DNA of 50,021 nt from Patescibacteria group bacterium (lineage in GTDB: Bacteria > Patescibacteriota > Patescibacteriia > SG8-24 > DYFX01), in assembly GCA_038062835.1 (NCBI GenBank), contig JBBTWH010000020.1, positions 1 to 50,021 of the forward strand, read 5' to 3'. The notes under the pieces are model-generated. The model was not told where the DNA came from, searched no databases, and was given only the letters and a program-made list of their open reading frames with translations. A program made the translations under genes and the position numbers. Position 1 is the stretch's first letter. The number at the start of each line of letters is the position of its first letter. This document shows positions 28,267 through 37,611 of this stretch, one piece after another.

Positions 28267-30219
28267 TCAGTTCGGGCAGCGCACGTTCGGCGGCAGCGTG
28301 CAGTCCTCGATCCTGTAGCAACGGCAGTCGGCAGCCGGCGCAGCGGACGGCTCGAAGTGCCAGATTTCGTTGTTAAGGCGTCGGAAGCCGGCTTTCAGCA
28401 TCGTCTCGGCCAGATATTTGGCTTCCTGCGGGTCTTCCTTCTGTTGGGCGCTGGAATTTCCGGAGATCGTGACCTGCTTGCCTGCTCTCCAGAGCTGAAC
28501 ATCGATGGCATACCCGACGCCATGGAATGATCCGCCGGGATTGGCGATGGTCCTGCCGACCTTGGTGCCATGGCCTTCCTTATATGCGCCACAGGCGAGC
28601 TTGAACTGCCCGCGCAAGTCGCGGTAGGCGGATGTTACGGCGAGCTTGTATCCATCGGCGGCGAACAAGGGGCCGACCTTCCTGAGCAGGGCGATCGTGG
28701 TCGGCGACGCCGAGTTGCCGAAACCGTTGACGCCCGGGATGTCTGTCGGGATCATCGCCACTTGGTCAGTAGACGCCATGCCAGGCGCGACCTGCGGGAT
28801 ATTCGTCGGATCACGGTAATATTCGTCGCAATAGCTCTTGCAGCTCGATTCGGAGTTGCAGAGCGCTGACGGGCGGCCGCCGGGAAGCGCGGCGGAAGAG
28901 GCGGAAGAGGTCGATTCCGTCGCGGAGATGAGCCCGCCTTCGTTGCTGCCGTTCTGCGTATCCATGAACAGGCTCGTCTGAACGCCGCCGACTTTGAGCC
29001 CGTCGAACGCGACGAGTTCCGGATTGATGGCATACAGGATCGTGTACGAGCCCAGCGCCAGCACCAGGCCCGTCAGCGCGTTCACGATCCGTTTCTTTCC
29101 GGCGCCGATCCTGCCCTTGTCGCCGCCGGACGTGACGTATTGGAAGCCGCCGACGACCATCATCACGGCAGCGGTAAGACCCGCGATCGATAGGAGGAAT
29201 ATATAGACGCCGCCGATGTACTGCGCCAGCCAGGGGATGGTGATCTGGCCGTTCTGGCGGATGGCGTCGGAAAATTCGACGTTCGGGATCGGAATCTCGA
29301 GGGCGGGGCCGCCGATCACGGCGTCTTCCAGAGGTTGAGTCCCGACCGACGTCGTGGCTCCTCCTCCGGTCGTCGAAGCTGCCCCAGTCCCTGTCGCCGC
29401 GCCCGAGTCGGAACGCCTGAGCGCCAGCGGAATCGCGGCTTGACCGGTGACGACGCCCATATGTCCTCCTGCCACGCCCTTGATGTGCAGGCAGCGTGCC
29501 GCGATTTGATCCGCGTTCAGGCCGGATGTGCCGGTCACGGTCGGACAGCCGAGCGACGCGGCCAGCTCGATTCCGATGGCGGTCTGTCCGCTCGATCCGC
29601 TGACGATCGTCAGTCTCCTGTCTTGGCCGCCCCGGTACCAAGAAGCGACGTTCTTATCCAGGTCAGGCTTCAGCCAATCCAGCGCGACGAGATGCCTGAC
29701 GCGCGCGTCGGCCCAGAGGGATTTCGCCGTGTACATGCCGGCGCTGTGTCCCAGTACCGTGACGTCGGGAGAGGGAGCGATATTCCCTTTGTCGGCGATC
29801 GAGGCGAGCAAGCTGCTGAGCGACCCCCATTTCCTGCTGTCATCGGATGACGTCGACCCTTCGACGGCGACGAAGAGCGCGTTCACGCCGCTGGCTTTGA
29901 ATTGCGAGGCTAGCTTGTGCGCATCCCACGCGCAATCGACGTAGTGCTCGGAAGGGCAGGCATCTCCGGCAAGGTCGTGGCCATGTACGTAGACGGCCGT
30001 GACGGCGCCTTCAGCGTTGAATCCGGCCGGGGTCCAAAGGTGGACGTGACCTTTGGCGCTGTCGTGGTTGTAGCACCAATGCTTTCCGCCCTCTTCATCG
30101 ACAGCGGTCGTCGGGCATCCGGCGGCGGCGGCGGCGGGCAGGTTCGGAAAAAGAGCCGCGAAGACCAGCGCGGCCGGAACAAGGAGACTAGAGACCCGTC
30201 GCTTCCAGGAGCTGTTCAT
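28267..30219 (-). CDS. Exported fusion protein: alpha/beta-hydrolase-like, VirB2-like pilin and M15 (D,D-peptidase-like) domains
   Basis: Signal peptide; GHSAG; GGFQYVTSGGD...KKRIVNALTGL..L.SY.IL..INP; SAYRD...Q, SFH...AID, EIWH. Confidence 0.8.
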   Translation of the reverse strand: MNSSWKRRVSSLLVPAALVFAALFPNLPAAAAAGCPTTAVDEEGGKHWCYNHDSAKGHVHLWTPAGFNAEGAVTAVYVHGHDLAGDACPSEHYVDCAWDAHKLASQFKASGVNALFVAVEGSTSSDDSRKWGSLSSLLASIADKGNIAPSPDVTVLGHSAGMYTAKSLWADARVRHLVALDWLKPDLDKNVASWYRGGQDRRLTIVSGSSGQTAIGIELAASLGCPTVTGTSGLNADQIAARCLHIKGVAGGHMGVVTGQAAIPLALRRSDSGAATGTGAASTTGGGATTSVGTQPLEDAVIGGPALEIPIPNVEFSDAIRQNGQITIPWLAQYIGGVYIFLLSIAGLTAAVMMVVGGFQYVTSGGDKGRIGAGKKRIVNALTGLVLALGSYTILYAINPELVAFDGLKVGGVQTSLFMDTQNGSNEGGLISATESTSSASSAALPGGRPSALCNSESSCKSYCDEYYRDPTNIPQVAPGMASTDQVAMIPTDIPGVNGFGNSASPTTIALLRKVGPLFAADGYKLAVTSAYRDLRGQFKLACGAYKEGHGTKVGRTIANPGGSFHGVGYAIDVQLWRAGKQVTISGNSSAQQKEDPQEAKYLAETMLKAGFRRLNNEIWHFEPSAAPAADCRCYRIEDCTLPPNVRCPN

Positions 30220-30826
30220 AGGACAGTGCGCCTTCGTACCGTACGCCGTCGATGAACAGCGTCGGGATGCTCGTCATGCCAAGGGCCCTCGCTTCGGTCA
30301 CCGTCCTTTCGACGAGCGGCCGCGTAAGCCCTTGGACGAGGCATTCGTTGAACCGTTTGGAATCGAGGTCCAGGCCGCTGGCAAGGATGGCCATCGACGC
30401 CTGATCGAAGGCGCTTGCGCCGTCGAAAAGTTTCGCGTGATATTCCCAGAACCTGCCCTGCCGACCCGCGCAAAGGGCCGCTTCCGCGGCGATGTCGGAA
30501 CCGGGGTGCAGGGGACTCGGCGCGGACTTCCAGACGAAGCGCACGGCGTCGGGTCGCGCGGCGAGCAGCCGGTCGACCGCGTCCTGCGAGGACTTGCAGT
30601 ACGGGCAGGCGTGATCGCCGAATTCGACGATGGTGATCTTGGCATCCTTCGGACCCTTCGCCGGATCGATCATCGTCACGAACGGCGCGTCCATGGGCGC
30701 GGGAGCCGCCAAGTCACCTTCAGCCGGCGCCTTGCCGGAATCGGCGGCGGAGCGCCAGTACGACGTCAACACGGCGAGCGAGATGGCTGCGGCGACGATG
30801 GTGAAGATCGCGCGTTTCGCTTGCAT
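30188..30826 (-). CDS. dsbA: DsbA family thiol-disulfide oxidoreductase (BdbD-like)
   Basis: KGPKDAKITIVEFGDHACPYC, AAEAALCA, FWEYH..LF, IPTLFIDG. Confidence 0.9.
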   Translation of the reverse strand: MQAKRAIFTIVAAAISLAVLTSYWRSAADSGKAPAEGDLAAPAPMDAPFVTMIDPAKGPKDAKITIVEFGDHACPYCKSSQDAVDRLLAARPDAVRFVWKSAPSPLHPGSDIAAEAALCAGRQGRFWEYHAKLFDGASAFDQASMAILASGLDLDSKRFNECLVQGLTRPLVERTVTEARALGMTSIPTLFIDGVRYEGALSYEQLLEATGL

Positions 30827-30829
30827 AGG

Positions 30830-32050
30830 TCAGAAGAGGTCGACACGGGTGATCTGCCCGAAAGCGTCGACCACGAAAAGGGCGGAACCGTCGTCCGAAA
30901 GCGTCAGCGTCCTCACCGTGGAATCGAAGGCCGCCGGCGTCACGCCGCGTACCGTGCCGGAACTCAGGTCGATCTTCACGAGTCGGTCCGGAGTGGCGTC
31001 GGCGATGTCGCGCTGCAGTCCGGCGCCCACAGGAAGGCTGAGCGGTTCGGCGCAGTAGACGACGTCGCTCTCCGTGAACGTGCACTTGTCGGCCCAGGTA
31101 TGCACGTCCAGCTTGACGCGTCCTCCTCCGACGCTCGTCCCGTCTGCGCGCACGGCCCACAGAGTCGGCAGGTAGTCGTCTCCGGCGGCGGCGGCGCTAT
31201 AGAGCAGGCGTTTGCCGTCCGGGGACCATTGCGGGATGAAGTCGAATCCCTCGACGCGGACCGCCTGGAGGTTCTCCTGGTTCTGTCCGATCGGCAGGAG
31301 ATCCCGCGTGTCGAAACCGACAGGGTCTCCGGTATCGGAGAAAGCGACGATGGATTCGTCAGGAGAGACGCTGACGGTGACCTTGTCCGCGTTCTCTCCG
31401 AGCGGCTCGATGAGCTTCGCGTTCGATCCGTCCGATGCGAAGGAAATAAGCCAGCGGTTGGCCGGGTCGAGGCCGATGGATTTTCCGACGATCATGTCCC
31501 CGTCGGCGCTGAAGTCGAAGTCCTCCCAGTGCTTCGGGATGCTGATCTGGGTTTCCTTATCGAAGTCGTAGATGATCTTGGACTCGTCCGGAAACTCGAT
31601 GACCGCCTTGCTGCCGTCGTCAGCCCAAGTCGCTCCGCTGACGGACGGGAAGTCGCGATCCGAGATCTTCACGGAGTTTCCACGCCCGTCGATACGATAG
31701 AAGCGGCCATCGGAGGAGTTATAATAGTTCAGTCCGCCGGAGGTCGGCCTCGCGGACGTGGCGATCGTGCCGGGCGCGCCGAGCGCGTCGCTCGCCGTCC
31801 CAGGCGGCGCGAGGCCGAGCGTCTCGGCGGCGGGTGTACCAGGGGACGCAGGCAAGCCGCCAGGCGCCTCGCCAGGCGCCGTCGGAGCGCCCTCGCCGGC
31901 CGTCGGAAGACCTCCGCTCGGCGTCGTGACAGAGGGAGCGGCGCCTGGCTCCGTCGGCTGTCCGGAGGCGAAGAAGAAGCGGTACAGCAGGAACGCTACG
32001 CCGACCGTCACGCCGACGAAGATGAAGATGAGGATGATTTTCTTGAGCAT
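30830..32050 (-). CDS. Membrane-anchored beta-propeller (TolB/PD40-like) protein
   Basis: N-terminal TM, Pro/Thr linker, repeated WADDG/FSADG/VSPDE/WSPDG/LSDDG blades. Confidence 0.75.
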   Translation of the reverse strand: MLKKIILIFIFVGVTVGVAFLLYRFFFASGQPTEPGAAPSVTTPSGGLPTAGEGAPTAPGEAPGGLPASPGTPAAETLGLAPPGTASDALGAPGTIATSARPTSGGLNYYNSSDGRFYRIDGRGNSVKISDRDFPSVSGATWADDGSKAVIEFPDESKIIYDFDKETQISIPKHWEDFDFSADGDMIVGKSIGLDPANRWLISFASDGSNAKLIEPLGENADKVTVSVSPDESIVAFSDTGDPVGFDTRDLLPIGQNQENLQAVRVEGFDFIPQWSPDGKRLLYSAAAAGDDYLPTLWAVRADGTSVGGGRVKLDVHTWADKCTFTESDVVYCAEPLSLPVGAGLQRDIADATPDRLVKIDLSSGTVRGVTPAAFDSTVRTLTLSDDGSALFVVDAFGQITRVDLF

Positions 32051-32054
32051 ACTT

Positions 32055-32738
32055 TCAAGAGACGAAGTCCTTCGCCGATATGATGACTCCGAGAATCAGC
32101 GCCAGGAGGCCGATGCAGGCTATGTCGAGCATGAGCGTCCATAACAGGATGAACGAGATCCCGACGATCTCAGCCAGCTTGATGGGAATGAGCGCCGCCT
32201 TCGGGATCTTCTTGAGGATCTGGGACGGGAACCATTCTTCGCCGACCTCCGGAAAGTACTTGCGAGCGTATTTCGAGGCCCAGGCGACGTAGAACAGGAT
32301 GCCGATGAGATAGATGGTGTGGCCGAACGACAGCCACAGCGAGTTCCAGAGCATCATGATGCAGCCTCTTCCGATTCCACGCTGGATCTCCTCCTTCGAA
32401 AGGACTTGCCCCGGAGCGGCGCTCGCCAGCGCCCCGGTCGGCGACGCCTTCGCGAGCGCCATGGCATCGCGGAGGGACAGCCCCCCTTCGCCTTTTTCCT
32501 CTTTCTCCGGCTTCTCTTCCTGCCTGCGCTGGAGATTCAGCCGGTTCTCCATCTGCCGCTGCCGGGCGACGCCGCCCATCGCCTGATCTCCGCCGCCGGG
32601 GGAGGAGTTCGCGACCGGCGGCGGAGGCTGCCAAGACGTCTGACCGGCGCGGTCGTCCCGTGCGCGACTCGAGGCAAGCCGCTCCATGCGGAGCCGGCTC
32701 TCGTTCTCGCCCTCGCGTTGGACGTCGGGTCCGGCCAT
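32055..32738 (-). CDS. Hypothetical membrane protein
   Basis: Disordered charged N-terminus, C-terminal TMs; in tight operon spacing. Confidence 0.7.
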   Translation of the reverse strand: MAGPDVQREGENESRLRMERLASSRARDDRAGQTSWQPPPPVANSSPGGGDQAMGGVARQRQMENRLNLQRRQEEKPEKEEKGEGGLSLRDAMALAKASPTGALASAAPGQVLSKEEIQRGIGRGCIMMLWNSLWLSFGHTIYLIGILFYVAWASKYARKYFPEVGEEWFPSQILKKIPKAALIPIKLAEIVGISFILLWTLMLDIACIGLLALILGVIISAKDFVS

Positions 32739-32750
32739 ACCTGAAAAACG

Positions 32751-35288
32751 CTAAGGCTTCACGATAAGCGTATCATCTTTGACCGTCAGCCGCACGGTTT
32801 CTCCGGGGGCGTGGCCGCCTCCCAGAAGGCGCTCGGCGACGAGGTTCTCGACCATATCCTGGATGGTCTTGCGGACGCCGCGGGCGCCCTGGAGCGGGAT
32901 GAAGCTCTTCTCGGCCAGGAGCTTCTGGCCCTGGGCGGTGAGCGCCACCTTGATGCGGTGCTCGGCCTCCAGGCGGCGGTTCAGGTCGTTCATGTGCAGG
33001 CTCACGATCTTCTGCAGGCTGGCGAGATCGAGCGGCCGGAAGAGGATGACCTTGTCGATGCGGTTGATGAACTCCGGGCGGAACTGGCGCTCAAGGTCCT
33101 GGAGCATCGAGCTCTTCACGTCCCGGAACTTCTCGGCCATGGTGGCGTCCTTGCTGGCGCCGGTGCCGAAGCCGAGCGTGGCGGTGCGGAGATGCTCCGA
33201 GCCGACGTTCGACGTCATGATGATGATGGTGTTCTTGAAGTTGATCTTCTTGCCGGTCGCGTCGGTCAAGTGCCCGTCCTCGAAGATCTGCAGGAAGAGG
33301 TTGAGGATGTCGGGATGCGCCTTCTCGAGCTCGTCGAAGAGCACGACCGAATACGGGCGGCGCTTCACGGCGTCGGCGAACTTGTTGGAATCGCGATAGC
33401 CGACGTAGCCGGCGGGGGAGCCGATGAGCTTCGAGATGTTGAAGCTCTCGGTGAACTCCGACATGTCGACGCGCACGAAGGCTTCCTTGTCGCGGAAGAC
33501 CGTCTCGGCGATGGCCTTGGCGAGCTCCGTCTTGCCGACGCCCGAAGGTCCCATGAACAGGAAGGAGGCGAGCGGACGGTTGGGGTTGGCGAGGCCAAGG
33601 CGGGCGCGGCGGATGGCTTCGGCGACCGTCTTCACCGCTTCGTCCTGCCCCACCACGCGGGCGGAGAGCTTCTTCTCGAGGTCGACGAGCTGGCGCTTCT
33701 CTTCGAAGATCAGGTCCTCGACCGGCACGCCCGTCGAACGGGCGACGACCTTGGCGACGTCGGCGGCGGTGACTTCCGCCGCGCGCTCGCCGATGGCGCG
33801 GCCGCGTTCGAGCGTCTCCATCTTCTTCTTGAGAGCCTTCTCGTGCTCCTTGAGCGCGAGCGCTTCGGTGAAGTTATCGCCGATGACGGCCTCGCGCTTC
33901 TTGCTGCGCACGTCCTCGAGCTTGCCCTCGACTTCGCGCGCCTGGAGCGAGCGCGCGTCCTGGCCCTCGTTCACGCGCAGCATCGCGGCGGCCTCGTCGA
34001 CGAGATCGATGGCCTTGTCCGGCAGGAAGCGGTCCTGCACGTAGCGTACCGACATCGCCACGGCGGCCTCGATGGCGGCGTCGCTGATCTTGATGCCGTG
34101 GAAATTCTCGAACGACTCGCGCAGCCCCTTCAGGATGTGCACGGCCTGTTCCGGCGTGGGTTCGGCGACCTGCACCGCCTGGAAGCGGCGCTCGAGCGCG
34201 CCGTCGGCCTCGATGTGCTTCTTGTATTCGGCCAGCGTCGTCGCGCCGATGCAGCGGATCTCGCCGCGGGCGAGGGCGGGCTTCAGGATGTTGGCGGCGT
34301 CGATGGAGCCGGAGGCGGCGCCGGCGCCCATGATCATGTGGAGCTCGTCGATGAAGAGGACGATCTCCGGATGCGCTTTCACCTCGTCGATGATCTGCTT
34401 CAGGCGGCTTTCGAACTCGCCGCGGTAGATCGTTCCGGCGATGATGAGGCCGAGGTCCACCGAGATGATGCGCTTGCCTTCGAGCGCGGGCGGCACCTGT
34501 CCGGCGGCGAGCTTCTTGGCGAGGCCTTCGACGATGGCGGTCTTGCCGACGCCCGGTTCTCCCAAGAGGACCGGGTTGTTCTTGGTCTTGCGGCAGAGCA
34601 CCTGGATCATCCTTTCGACCTCGCTTTCGCGGCCGATGACGTCCTCGAGCTTCTGCACGTACTTCTTTTCGGTCATGTCGACGCCGAAGAAGTCGAGCGC
34701 CGGCGTCTTGGCCGTCTTGGGGCCGACTGCGGGCTTCTTGCCCCTGGCGTCCTTTTTCGCGTCCTTGCCGTCGGCCTTCTTGGCGCCGAAGGTTTCCGTC
34801 ATGTCGGGGAACTTCGATGTGGACTTCAGCACGCCGGCGATCTGATCCTTCACCGCCTTGAGCGGCACGCCGCGCGATTCGAAATACGCCTCGAGCTTTT
34901 CGCCCGCGACCTGGAGGATGGCGGAGAGGAGGTGTTCGGTGCCGACGTACTTGTGCTCGTGGGTGTTGGCCGTCAGCACCGCCTTCTCGATGGTGCGTTT
35001 GGCTTCGGCCGAGAGCTTCGGCGAAGCGTCGGCGGCGGCGGCGTCGAGCGACGGCGGAGCGAACGGCTTGCCGTCGGCGCGTTCGGCGACGAAGCGCTTG
35101 ATGTCGTCGGACGAGAGCCCGAGCTTGGTGAGGACTTCGGAGGCGATCGAGCCCTTCTGCGCGGCGAGCGCGTACATCAGGTGCTGCGGCTCGATGGCGC
35201 TCTGGCGCAATTCCTGCGCGAGCGCGTAGGCGCGGACGAGAGCGTTCTTGAGATGCGTGGAGAACTTGTCCAGGATTTCCGGGTTCAT
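32751..35288 (-). CDS. clpC: ATP-dependent Clp protease ATPase subunit ClpC
   Basis: Clp-N repeats, [25 protein letters not shown], short UVR coil, [20 protein letters not shown] loop. Confidence 0.95.
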   Translation of the reverse strand: MNPEILDKFSTHLKNALVRAYALAQELRQSAIEPQHLMYALAAQKGSIASEVLTKLGLSSDDIKRFVAERADGKPFAPPSLDAAAADASPKLSAEAKRTIEKAVLTANTHEHKYVGTEHLLSAILQVAGEKLEAYFESRGVPLKAVKDQIAGVLKSTSKFPDMTETFGAKKADGKDAKKDARGKKPAVGPKTAKTPALDFFGVDMTEKKYVQKLEDVIGRESEVERMIQVLCRKTKNNPVLLGEPGVGKTAIVEGLAKKLAAGQVPPALEGKRIISVDLGLIIAGTIYRGEFESRLKQIIDEVKAHPEIVLFIDELHMIMGAGAASGSIDAANILKPALARGEIRCIGATTLAEYKKHIEADGALERRFQAVQVAEPTPEQAVHILKGLRESFENFHGIKISDAAIEAAVAMSVRYVQDRFLPDKAIDLVDEAAAMLRVNEGQDARSLQAREVEGKLEDVRSKKREAVIGDNFTEALALKEHEKALKKKMETLERGRAIGERAAEVTAADVAKVVARSTGVPVEDLIFEEKRQLVDLEKKLSARVVGQDEAVKTVAEAIRRARLGLANPNRPLASFLFMGPSGVGKTELAKAIAETVFRDKEAFVRVDMSEFTESFNISKLIGSPAGYVGYRDSNKFADAVKRRPYSVVLFDELEKAHPDILNLFLQIFEDGHLTDATGKKINFKNTIIIMTSNVGSEHLRTATLGFGTGASKDATMAEKFRDVKSSMLQDLERQFRPEFINRIDKVILFRPLDLASLQKIVSLHMNDLNRRLEAEHRIKVALTAQGQKLLAEKSFIPLQGARGVRKTIQDMVENLVAERLLGGGHAPGETVRLTVKDDTLIVKP

Positions 35289-35297
35289 AATGGGTTT

Positions 35298-35324
35298 GTC
35301 ATCCCGAGCGAAGCCGAGGGATCT
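35298..35324. repeat. REP-like palindromic element (GTCAT...GATCT type)
   Basis: GTCATCCCGAGCGAAGCCGAGGGATCT between htpX and clpC. Confidence 0.65.
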
Positions 35325-35330
35325 ATTGAA

Positions 35331-36215
35331 TTACGAGGTCGTGCCCATCTGCCGGAGCGCGGCGACGCGCTTCTCGACCGGAGGATGCGTGGATGTGAGA
35401 CCCGCCGCCCACCCGCCTTTGCCGAACGGGTTCGAGATGTACAGGTGCGCGGTGGCGGAGTGCGCGTGCTTCAGCGGGCCTTCGTAGGAAGAGATCTTCT
35501 CGAGCGCGCGGGCCAGTCCTTCGGGGTAGCGGGTGAGCAGGGCGCCCGAGGCGTCCGCCAGGTATTCGCGCCGCCGCGAGACGGCGAGCTTCACGATGTT
35601 GGCGATGACGGGAGCCAGGATGATGGCGACGATGCCGAGGATCATCAGGATGCCGCCTCCTTCGCGCTTGCGGTTGCCGCCGCCGTGCCAGCTGACGCGC
35701 AGGAAGAGGTCGGCCATCACCGCGACGACGCCGACCAGCACGACGACGATGGTCATCACGCGGATGTCGTAGTTCTTGATGTGGGAAAGTTCGTGCGCGA
35801 CGACGCCTTCGAGTTCCGTCCGGTCGAGGCGTTGGAGGATGCCGGTCGTGAAGGCGACCGAGGCGAGTTCAGGCTTGCGGCCGGTAGCGAAGGCGTTCGG
35901 GGCGGGGTCATCGATGATATGCACCTTAGGCATCGGCTGACCGTTGGCGATGCAAAGGTTCTCGACCAGCCGCCAGAGTTCGGGGGAGTCTTCTTTCTTG
36001 ATTTCCCTCGCGCCCGAGGCCCAGAGCGCCATCCTGTCGCCGTTGTAGTACGAGACGAGCGCTGTCACGACCGAGTAGGCGAGGGCGACGAGCGTGATGA
36101 CGCCTCCGCCCCCGTAATATTCGTCGATGAGCCAGCCGAGCCCGACGACCAGGACCAGGAAACTTCCGATCAGGACGATGCTTTTACGCTTGTTTGAGTC
36201 TATCTGTGAGTACAT
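35331..36215 (-). CDS. htpX: Zinc metalloprotease HtpX (M48)
   Basis: PNAFATG, HELSH, SRRREYLADA, LARALEKI, STHPP. Confidence 0.95.
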   Translation of the reverse strand: MYSQIDSNKRKSIVLIGSFLVLVVGLGWLIDEYYGGGGVITLVALAYSVVTALVSYYNGDRMALWASGAREIKKEDSPELWRLVENLCIANGQPMPKVHIIDDPAPNAFATGRKPELASVAFTTGILQRLDRTELEGVVAHELSHIKNYDIRVMTIVVVLVGVVAVMADLFLRVSWHGGGNRKREGGGILMILGIVAIILAPVIANIVKLAVSRRREYLADASGALLTRYPEGLARALEKISSYEGPLKHAHSATAHLYISNPFGKGGWAAGLTSTHPPVEKRVAALRQMGTTS

Positions 36216-36377
36216 TGAACGCGCGATACATCTATAAAGCGCCGGATACGCAATATTCTACCGTTTTTTAGGCTCAGGGGCAATTGGATAAGAAGAAAAG
36301 ACAGGTGACCCCTCTCAGGTGGCTCTTTACGCTGCTCGTGCTAAGGTACCGACGGTTCCTTAAGAAAGGAGATTCCG

Positions 36378-36965
36378 ATGCGCGACATCTTAGTGGAGGA
36401 CTGGCCAGGACTAGATGAGGAAACCGTCGATATCTTCATGACGAGCGGCATAATCACCTTGAAGAGATTCCTCGACCTCTCCGCCCGCAAAGACTACCAG
36501 CAACGGCTCTTCGAAGCCGGACTGGACCTGTATCGCCTTCGCGCGTTGCGGCGGGAGGCACGGCGCTTGATCGCGAACCTGCCCGAAGTCGTCATTCGTG
36601 GCGTTCTCAAAGAATACTTCGAGACCGGCACGGCAGGCGTCTGCTGGGCCGTCTATGAGGACGGCAAGTCTGGCTACGAAAGCCTGCACCTGCTCGAGAC
36701 GGGCGACTACCTGCGCGTCACGGACGAGACCGGCACCGTGCGGTTCGAGGGCTACATCGTCGAGGACTGCCATAAAGGGTGGAGGGAGTATCCGGCGAAC
36801 CCCGGCTACGGCCAGCCCTGCGCGCTCGGCCATTGGATACACTGGACGCAGGGAGGCTGGGAGCCCGACGAATGGGCCGCGCTCTTCTTACGCCAGTATC
36901 TCCTGGACGAGCGCAAGGGTCCGCCGCTCCGCGCCGTGCTCACGTTGAATAAGAAAAGGAGCTGA
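36378..36965 (+). CDS. Hypothetical protein (Trp/Gly-rich C-terminal domain) inserted antisense between lemA and htpX
   Basis: AAAGGAG SD, TGCTAAGGT -10, own terminator. Confidence 0.75.
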   Translation: MRDILVEDWPGLDEETVDIFMTSGIITLKRFLDLSARKDYQQRLFEAGLDLYRLRALRREARRLIANLPEVVIRGVLKEYFETGTAGVCWAVYEDGKSGYESLHLLETGDYLRVTDETGTVRFEGYIVEDCHKGWREYPANPGYGQPCALGHWIHWTQGGWEPDEWAALFLRQYLLDERKGPPLRAVLTLNKKRS

Positions 36966-36969
36966 AACG

Positions 36970-37003
36970 AAACCGACCCCCGCACAGGGTCGGTCTTTCC
37001 TTT
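36970..37003. terminator. Terminator-like hairpin between convergent genes
   Basis: ACCGACCC...GGGTCGGT followed by CTTTCCTTTT. Confidence 0.65.
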
Positions 37004-37006
37004 TCT

Positions 37007-37567
37007 TCAGAACTTCACTTCGACGTTCTGCTGGGCGGCGTCATTGTCCGGGAGATCGAAGAACTCGCGCTTCTTGAAGCCCAAGGACCGGGCGACCATG
37101 TTGCTGGGGAAGACCTGCATCTTGATGTTCAGGTCGCGGGCGTTGGCGTTGTAGAAGCGGCGGGCGGCCTGGATCTTGTCTTCCGCGTCGCGCAGTTCGT
37201 GCTGGAGGTCGAGGAAGTTCTGGTTGGCCTTCAGGTCCGGGTACGCTTCGGAGACGGCGAAGAGTGACTTGAGCGCGCCGGTCAGCATGTTCTCGGCGGC
37301 GGCGTGCGCGGCCGGCGTCTGCGCGCCCATGGCGGCGGCGCGGGCCTTCGTGACGTTCTCGAAGGCGGACGATTCGTGCGCGGCATAACCCTTCACCGCA
37401 TTGACGAGGTTCGGGATCAGGTCGTAGCGGCGCTTGAGCTGGACCTCGATGTCGGACCAGGCCTCTTCCGTGCGGACGTTGAGCGTCACCAATCCGTTGT
37501 AGACCGACCAGAGCCAGACTCCGGCGAGGACGATGATGCCGAGGACGATAGAGAGTCCCATTCCCAT
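37007..37567 (-). CDS. lemA: LemA family protein
   Basis: YNGLV..EEAWSDIEVQLKRRYDLIPNLV, EAYPDLKANQNF, ARRFYN, FPSN. Confidence 0.96.
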   Translation of the reverse strand: MGMGLSIVLGIIVLAGVWLWSVYNGLVTLNVRTEEAWSDIEVQLKRRYDLIPNLVNAVKGYAAHESSAFENVTKARAAAMGAQTPAAHAAAENMLTGALKSLFAVSEAYPDLKANQNFLDLQHELRDAEDKIQAARRFYNANARDLNIKMQVFPSNMVARSLGFKKREFFDLPDNDAAQQNVEVKF

Positions 37568-37611
37568 AGCGTGTGGTGCTTTTTTCGGCGTGAAGTTAAG
37601 ATGGCTTCATT

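Noticed and set aside
32811-36197. 1128-aa plus-strand ORF and other long antisense ORFs (19506-21851, 7205-9214, 11384-13294, 24939-26501, 30332-32083)
   Set aside because: These are shadow frames of clearly identifiable genes (clpC/htpX, virB4, giant protein, recG). High GC3 suppresses stops on the opposite strand, and they show no motifs.
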